Shown one piece after another: positions 58,139-64,000 of a DNA stretch of 64,000 nt. The notes under the pieces are model-generated. The model made no database searches. It was not told the origin of the DNA and saw only the letters and a list, made by a program, of their open reading frames with translations. The position numbers were made by a program, and so were the translations under genes. Position 1 is the first letter of the stretch; every line of letters starts with the position of its first letter. This DNA is from Bacteroidales bacterium (GTDB lineage Bacteria; Bacteroidota; Bacteroidia; Bacteroidales; UBA12077), in NCBI GenBank assembly GCA_018334675.1, contig JAGXLL010000007.1, forward strand, positions 137-64,136, given 5' to 3'.

Positions 58139-61100
58139 ATGAAGTGCCTCAATACCTATCTGCTCCTGTTGCTTATTCTTATGGCGCCTGCGGCGTTGAG
58201 CCAGGAAGCCATGGATTTCAACGGAGAAACACAGGCCTACCAGAAAGCCCTGGACCTCTATGACAAGGAGAAATATGCCGCTGCACAGGAGCAGTTTGAG
58301 ATGGCCCTTGAGCAGCTAGGCGAGTCGGAAAGGGGCCTGAAAGCCAATGCCCGTTATTACATGGCCATTTGCGCCATGGAACTTTTCCATGCGGATGCCG
58401 AGTATCTGCTCGACCGGTTTATCTCACAATATCCGGAGAATGCGCGGGTGAATACGGCGTATTTTCAGATGGGCAAGTATCAATACCGGCAGGAGAATTA
58501 TCATAAAGCGGTCCATTGGTTCGATGAGGTCAAGCGCGACAAACTCTCCGGCGAACAGCAGGGAGAATATTTCTTTAAGAAGGGCTACAGCCACTACCAG
58601 GAGGGCGAGCTGGAAGAAGCCAGCCAGGCTTTCTATGAGGTCAAGGACCGCTCAACCACCTTCTCCAATCCGGCATTGTATTATTATTCCCATATAGCCT
58701 ACGAGCAGGAGAACCATCAGACGGCGCTGGAGGGCTTCAGACAACTGAGGGAGAACAGCACTTTTGCACCCATCATGCCCTATTACATCACCCAGATCTA
58801 TTACCTGCAGGAGAAGTTTCAGAAGGTTACCGAATATGCTCCTCAGTTCGTGCATTCGGCTTCGGCCCGGCGTCTTCCTGAAATAGCCAGGATCATTGGT
58901 GATTCTTACTATCAACGCAAACAATATGACAGTTCACTGACTTACCTGAAGCTTCATGAAAATAAAGCCAGCCGGCTCGCACGGGATGATCATTATCAGC
59001 TGGGGTATGTGGCTTATAAGCTGGACAGCCTGGACAAGGCCATTACCCACCTGGAGCAGGTCACCGATAAGGAAGATGAGATGGCCCAGAACGCTTATTA
59101 TCACCTGGCGGATTGCTATCTGAGGAAGGATCAGAAGAATAAAGCCAAGCTGGCTTTCGAATTTGCCTCAAAACTTGATTTCGATCCGCAGATCCAGGAG
59201 AATGCCCTGTTTAACTTTGCCAAGATCACTTTTCAGCTGCGCAATTCTCCATTTAACGACGCCATCAAGGCTTTCAAGCATTATATCGACCGGTATCCCG
59301 ATTCGGAGAATACCACCCAGGCCTACAACTATCTGGTCAAAGCCTATCTGAACTCCAACAACTACCGGGCTGCCCTCCAGTCCCTGGAAGAGTTGGATGA
59401 ACTCGATGTACCGCTTCAGAAAGCCTATCAAAAGGTGGCTTATTACAGGGGCCTGGAGCTTTATAACAACCGCCGCTACGAAGAAGCCATTCAGGCCTTT
59501 AACAAATCGCTGGGATATAGCGGGAATGATCAGGGTACCGCTGCCCGTTCCAAGTATTGGAAAGGGGAGTCCTATTTTCAGATGCAGCAATTTGAAAAGG
59601 CAACCGGCAGTTATAATCAGTTTCTTTTGACTTCCGGTGCTTTTAACAGCGATCTTTATGAAAGAGCCCATTACAACCTGGGATATGCCCATTATAAGCT
59701 GAGAGACTACCAGGAAGCGATCAAATGGTATCGCAAATACGTCAACTTCGAGAAGGATCCCAATTCTGAATACCTGGCCGATGCTTTTAACCGCCTGGGC
59801 GATTGCTATTTCATTCGCCGCAGCTACTGGCAGGCCATCGATTACTACGACCGGGCTATTGAGCTAGACCTTCGCGACCAGGATTATGCTTTGTTCCAGC
59901 GTGGCTTTGCCCTGGGCCTGCTGAGCCGTCCGCAGAAGAAGATCAATGCTCTGGAGCGTTTAACCAATCAATACCCGGAGTCGGGATATATGGATGATGC
60001 CTGGTTCGAGTTGGGCCGGAGCTATATGAGCCTGGATCAACAGAAGCAGGCCATCGGTTATTTCTCGAGGGTTGTGGATGATTATCCTTCCAGCAGTTAC
60101 AGCAAACGAGCCCTGGTTCAGCTGGGTCTGATCCATTACAACCTCGACAACAACCAGCAGGCCATGCAATATTACAAACGGGTGGTGGATGACTATCCCA
60201 ACACCGAAGAAGCCCAGGATGCCCTGACCGGCTTGAAGAATATCTATGTGGATATGAACCGGGTGGATGAATATTTCAACTATGTTAACGGGCTGGGCGA
60301 CTTTGCCCGGGTCAGCATCAACGAACAGGATTCGCTGACCTATATGGCTGCAGAGAACCTTTATATGGAGCAGGACTGTGAGAGTGCCACGGAATTCTTC
60401 CGCAAGTATCTGAAGAAGTTTCCCAACGGCAGCTTTACGGTCAATGCCCATTTTTACCTGGCCGACTGCCTGGATCGCAATGACCGGCCCGACCAGGCCC
60501 TGGAACACTATAATGAGGTCATCGATCAGCGTCAGAATTCCTTCATGGAACAGGCTTGGACCGGAGCCTCCCGTATTTTGATGGACCGCGAAGCCTATGA
60601 AAAGGCCCTGGAGCATCTTCGTCCCCTGGAGAAGATAGCTGAGGTCCATCGCAACCTTATTTTTGCCAGGGTAGGACAGATGCGCTGCTGCCATGAGCTG
60701 AAACGTCCCGACTGTGTCCTGGAGATGGCCGACAAGGTACTGCACACCGATAAGATCAATGCCCGCGAAGAGCGGGAGGCTCACTATATGAAAGCCAACG
60801 CCCTTTTCAACAAGCAGCAGTTCGACCTGTCCCTGGACGAATTCAAAACCATTGCCGATGAAGTCAACAGCAAGGAGGGGGCCGAGGCCAAATTCCGCAT
60901 TGCTCAGATATACTATAAGAAGGAAGAATATAAAGTGGCCGAGAACGAGATCTTCGATTTTGTTCAGCAGAACTCTTCCCAGGAATACTGGAAAGCCAGG
61001 AGTTTTATTCTGCTGGCTGATGTATATAAGGCTACGGGAGATATTTTCCAGGCCAGCCATACCCTGAAGAGCATCCTGGAAAATTATCAGCCCGTCAGTG

Positions 61101-61405
61101 AGCAGGATGATGTGCTCTCCATCGCCGGGGAAAAATACAAGCAGATCCGTAAGGAAGAGGAGGAACAAGCCCGTCCCGATACCGGCGAACAGCAGATAAA
61201 GATCCGTCTGAAGGAAAACCTGCCCGATACCACCGGAAGCCAGAGCGGTGTTCCGGATCAGACAAACCCCTCCGGCCTGAAGGATGGTTCAGCTCAGGAG
61301 AAGGAATCAGACAACCCGGCCGGTGATTCCGGTTCCAATGATCCTGCCGGTCAAAACGGCGATAACGATATGTCCAATGAAGCCACTTCAAAAAAACGCA
61401 AATGA
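58139..61405 (+). CDS. Secreted tetratricopeptide-repeat protein (~1,089 aa) with acidic/Gly-Asn-Ser-rich disordered C-terminal tail
   Basis: Start trimmed to MKCLNTYLLLLLILMAPAALSQEA (signal peptide). Many TPR-like units follow (..A.Y..G.CY...+Y..AI..Y..). The last ~90 aa are low complexity. Confidence 0.85.
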   Translation: MKCLNTYLLLLLILMAPAALSQEAMDFNGETQAYQKALDLYDKEKYAAAQEQFEMALEQLGESERGLKANARYYMAICAMELFHADAEYLLDRFISQYPENARVNTAYFQMGKYQYRQENYHKAVHWFDEVKRDKLSGEQQGEYFFKKGYSHYQEGELEEASQAFYEVKDRSTTFSNPALYYYSHIAYEQENHQTALEGFRQLRENSTFAPIMPYYITQIYYLQEKFQKVTEYAPQFVHSASARRLPEIARIIGDSYYQRKQYDSSLTYLKLHENKASRLARDDHYQLGYVAYKLDSLDKAITHLEQVTDKEDEMAQNAYYHLADCYLRKDQKNKAKLAFEFASKLDFDPQIQENALFNFAKITFQLRNSPFNDAIKAFKHYIDRYPDSENTTQAYNYLVKAYLNSNNYRAALQSLEELDELDVPLQKAYQKVAYYRGLELYNNRRYEEAIQAFNKSLGYSGNDQGTAARSKYWKGESYFQMQQFEKATGSYNQFLLTSGAFNSDLYERAHYNLGYAHYKLRDYQEAIKWYRKYVNFEKDPNSEYLADAFNRLGDCYFIRRSYWQAIDYYDRAIELDLRDQDYALFQRGFALGLLSRPQKKINALERLTNQYPESGYMDDAWFELGRSYMSLDQQKQAIGYFSRVVDDYPSSSYSKRALVQLGLIHYNLDNNQQAMQYYKRVVDDYPNTEEAQDALTGLKNIYVDMNRVDEYFNYVNGLGDFARVSINEQDSLTYMAAENLYMEQDCESATEFFRKYLKKFPNGSFTVNAHFYLADCLDRNDRPDQALEHYNEVIDQRQNSFMEQAWTGASRILMDREAYEKALEHLRPLEKIAEVHRNLIFARVGQMRCCHELKRPDCVLEMADKVLHTDKINAREEREAHYMKANALFNKQQFDLSLDEFKTIADEVNSKEGAEAKFRIAQIYYKKEEYKVAENEIFDFVQQNSSQEYWKARSFILLADVYKATGDIFQASHTLKSILENYQPVSEQDDVLSIAGEKYKQIRKEEEEQARPDTGEQQIKIRLKENLPDTTGSQSGVPDQTNPSGLKDGSAQEKESDNPAGDSGSNDPAGQNGDNDMSNEATSKKRK

Positions 61406-63081
61406 TGATCAATAAGATGATATGGGCTTTGACGGCACTGTTTATTTTGCTCTTTTCCAGTTTTCAATTGGAAGCTCAGGAGAAGATTGAAAAAAGGGTG
61501 CAGGTGACCAAAGCCTACCAGCCTGATATCAAAGATGCCTATAAGATAAGTGAATTGCCTGATATTACCGATACTACACATGTAACTACCGATTTTAACT
61601 ATTATCTGTTGCCCAGGCGTCTGGAAACCGATGTGGAGGTAGAACCCATTCCTGCCGCTACAATGGTGGGAGAACCCCTTACAGAACTCTACAGCAGCTA
61701 TCTGAAAATGGGGATGGGCCATAAGATCGCGCCCCTGGTGGAGTTCTCCCTCACCAACAAACGTTCCAGGGAGCATGCCCTGGGCGTGCTGCTGCGTCAC
61801 CATTCCTCAACCGGGAAAGTTACACTGGATAATGATGAACGGGCTCCTGCCGGATATGCCCGCAGCCGCGCCCGGCTTTTTGGCAAGAAATTCTATGACA
61901 ATGCGGTTTTAGATGGTAATCTGGGCGTAAGAAGCAATACCCGTTATTTCTACGGCTATGATACCCGGGTGGATACCTCACTCTATGATGATAAACAAGC
62001 CATCAAACAAAACTTCTTCCGTTTTGAGGCAGGTGCCGGATTGAAAAGTACTTACATCGATTCTTCCCACCTGAATTATGATTTACAGCTGGATTATCAG
62101 TATCTGGGTGACCGCTTTGAAAGCAGGGAAAACCGCGTGAAGTTTACCGGCGGGCTGGATAAATATTACGATCAGAACCACCTGGGTTTCCATTCGGAAG
62201 TCACCTATCTCAACCGTGAATTTACCTATGATACCACCTCCAATACCCTGGTTCACCTTCAACCCTGGGTAGCTCGCTTTGGCGACGGATGGCGTGTAAG
62301 GGGCGGCGTTAAATTCTTTGCCGATGTGGTTAACGGCAATACCCATGCTCGTTTCTTCCCTGTGGCCAATGTGGAATACGACATCATCTCCCAGTATATC
62401 ATCCCCTACGGAGGGGTCGACGGCAAAATTGATCTGAATTCCTATGACCGCATCACCAGGGAAAATCCTTTCGTCCTGCCAGGTTTACATGTGAAAAACA
62501 CCAATTACAAGCTGATCTTCTTTGGGGGACTGAAAGGCAATCTGAGTGCCTCGGTTTATTATAATGCCCGTTTCAAGTATTCCTTTTTCGATGACCTGTA
62601 CTTTTTTGTCAATGATGTCAACTCGACCGGTGGAGCAGCCAACCAGTTTAACGTGGAATACCACGACGGGGAGCGGATGAACCTTTTCGGTGAGCTGGGC
62701 ATCGACCTGAGTGATCAGTTGCATATAAACCTGGAGGGCAATTACTATAAGTTCGTTTTATACCACGACCAGGCCAGAGCCTGGCATAAACCTGTATACG
62801 ATATGACCCTGTCAGCACGTTATAACTTACGGGATAAAATTATTGCAGAGGCAGATGTATTTGTCAGCGGAGACAGGTGGGCCAAATCGGGAAGGCGATT
62901 TGGAGAGGAAACCAAACTGGAGGGTTTTGTGGATATGAACATGAAACTTGAGTACCGTTATTCCAAGGTACTCTCAGGATATGTGAGACTGCAGAATATT
63001 CTTTCCAATAATTATTCCATCTGGAACAATTACCCTGTTTATGGGTTGCATGCCTATGCCGGCATAACCTATTCTTTTTAA
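61402..63081 (+). CDS. Putative outer-membrane beta-barrel (porin-like) protein
   Basis: 559 aa. Signal peptide LTALFILLFSSFQLEAQE. Alternating beta-strand pattern throughout. C-terminal ..HAYAGITYSF (terminal Phe beta-signal). The ATG overlaps the TPR gene stop (ATGA). Confidence 0.75.
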   Translation: MMINKMIWALTALFILLFSSFQLEAQEKIEKRVQVTKAYQPDIKDAYKISELPDITDTTHVTTDFNYYLLPRRLETDVEVEPIPAATMVGEPLTELYSSYLKMGMGHKIAPLVEFSLTNKRSREHALGVLLRHHSSTGKVTLDNDERAPAGYARSRARLFGKKFYDNAVLDGNLGVRSNTRYFYGYDTRVDTSLYDDKQAIKQNFFRFEAGAGLKSTYIDSSHLNYDLQLDYQYLGDRFESRENRVKFTGGLDKYYDQNHLGFHSEVTYLNREFTYDTTSNTLVHLQPWVARFGDGWRVRGGVKFFADVVNGNTHARFFPVANVEYDIISQYIIPYGGVDGKIDLNSYDRITRENPFVLPGLHVKNTNYKLIFFGGLKGNLSASVYYNARFKYSFFDDLYFFVNDVNSTGGAANQFNVEYHDGERMNLFGELGIDLSDQLHINLEGNYYKFVLYHDQARAWHKPVYDMTLSARYNLRDKIIAEADVFVSGDRWAKSGRRFGEETKLEGFVDMNMKLEYRYSKVLSGYVRLQNILSNNYSIWNNYPVYGLHAYAGITYSF

Positions 63082-63252
63082 GCTTCATTTATAAGCGGTT
63101 AGAGGTTGGCAAAATGTTCAAAAAAACCTGATTTTACAGGCATTTTCCCCATGCTTTGCAGATTATTTTTGTTAAATTTACATTTCCTTCTAAGCCAAGG
63201 AGAAAATTGGCAATCAGACATTTGAGTTTAGACGATAAATTTAAGGATCCCA

Positions 63253-64000
63253 ATGAGCAATCAAGAGTATGACAAAGAGAAGAAAGAGCAGGAGAACCTG
63301 AATTTACAGGATTATTCGGCCGGCAGCATTCAGGTGCTTGAAGGCCTTGAGGCTGTCAGAAAACGACCGGCCATGTATATCGGGGATGTCAGTGAAAAAG
63401 GCTTGCACCACCTGGTCTATGAGGTGCTGGACAACTCCATCGATGAGGCGATGGGCGGCTATGCCCAAAATATTGATGTGGTGATAAATGAAGACAATTC
63501 CATCACCATCACGGATGACGGCCGCGGTATCCCGGTTGATTTTCACGACAAGGAGGGAAAGAGTGCCCTGGAGGTAGTGATGACCCTCCTTCATGCAGGA
63601 GGTAAGTTCAACAAGGATTCCTATAAGGTTTCCGGTGGCCTTCACGGGGTTGGCGTCTCCTGCGTCAATGCCCTTTCATCTCATCTGAAAGCAGAGATAC
63701 ACCGCGACGAAAAAATCTATTTCCAGGAATACAAGAAAGGGAAACCCCTGGGACCTATCGAACAAGTGGGCACTACCGATAAAACCGGTACCATCATCAC
63801 GTTTACCCCGGATGAGGAGATCTTTCAGATACAGGATTTCAATTATGAAACCCTGGCCTCCAGGCTACGGGAACTGGCTTTTCTGAATAAGGGCGTCACC
63901 CTGAGCCTGCTGGACAAGCGGGAGCTGGTCGACACCAACGGCAACGGGAATGGGGATGAGAATGGCAATGGCGAAGAATACCTCCACGACTCTTTCTATT
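63253..64000 (+). CDS. gyrB: DNA gyrase subunit B, N-terminal ~249 aa (continues beyond the window; absent from the ORF track because there is no stop)
   Basis: My own translation from the ATG at 63253: [71 protein letters not shown]...LHAGGKF....[17 protein letters not shown]. Confidence 0.93.
   Translation, partial: MSNQEYDKEKKEQENLNLQDYSAGSIQVLEGLEAVRKRPAMYIGDVSEKGLHHLVYEVLDNSIDEAMGGYAQNIDVVINEDNSITITDDGRGIPVDFHDKEGKSALEVVMTLLHAGGKFNKDSYKVSGGLHGVGVSCVNALSSHLKAEIHRDEKIYFQEYKKGKPLGPIEQVGTTDKTGTIITFTPDEEIFQIQDFNYETLASRLRELAFLNKGVTLSLLDKRELVDTNGNGNGDENGNGEEYLHDSFY

Overview
The window looks like a core chromosomal segment of a Bacteroidota genome, probably an anaerobe. Supporting signals: -33 TTTG / -7 TAnnTTTG promoters, almost no Shine-Dalgarno (SD) sites, a lipoprotein TamA homologue (TamL-like), a PorT-like barrel, and a DUF3467 gene after rpoC. 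PFOR and an EtfAB module fit an anaerobic lifestyle. Gene order, left to right: rho (5'-truncated by the window edge), nifJ/PFOR, an orphan propeller/Y_Y_Y LytS-type sensor kinase, a PyrD-like protein, an OadA/PycB-like carboxyltransferase, a DUF3078-like barrel, tnaA, a MATE pump, yicC-gmk-nadD, a CNNM/CBS protein, small-type purL, PorT-like/TrmH/TamL-like, fbaB, an NSS transporter, a ComEA-like protein. Then the conserved block rpsU-xerC-hpf-tRNA(Thr-Tyr-Gly-Thr)-tuf-tRNA(Trp)-secE-nusG-rplKAJL-rpoBC-DUF3467. After that: a lipoprotein 5'-nucleotidase, an APC permease, pepP, the cluster etfB-etfA-(membrane FeS)-(CCG)-acyl-CoA dehydrogenase, ftsE, a 1,089-aa TPR protein coupled to a beta-barrel, and the 5' part of gyrB, which the ORF track misses. 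I found no CRISPR array, IS element or transposase, prophage, or recognisable defence or toxin system, and no convincing novel multi-gene system. Points worth a second look: (1) perfect AAGGAGG SD sites at only rpsU and hpf; (2) a split HdrE/C/B-like module beside EtfAB and the acyl-CoA dehydrogenase, a putative ETF:menaquinone oxidoreductase whose first CCG domain has lost all its cysteines; (3) a carboxyltransferase whose biotinyl-like domain lacks the biotinyl lysine; (4) two roughly 1-kb islands of gene remnants (dienelactone hydrolase, methyltransferase-like, sensor N-terminus, CstA motif); (5) GCGCTAAGCGC-type palindromic repeats and strong hairpins in the intergenic regions flanking the carboxyltransferase gene. 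All family assignments rest on motif recognition by eye; no searches were run.
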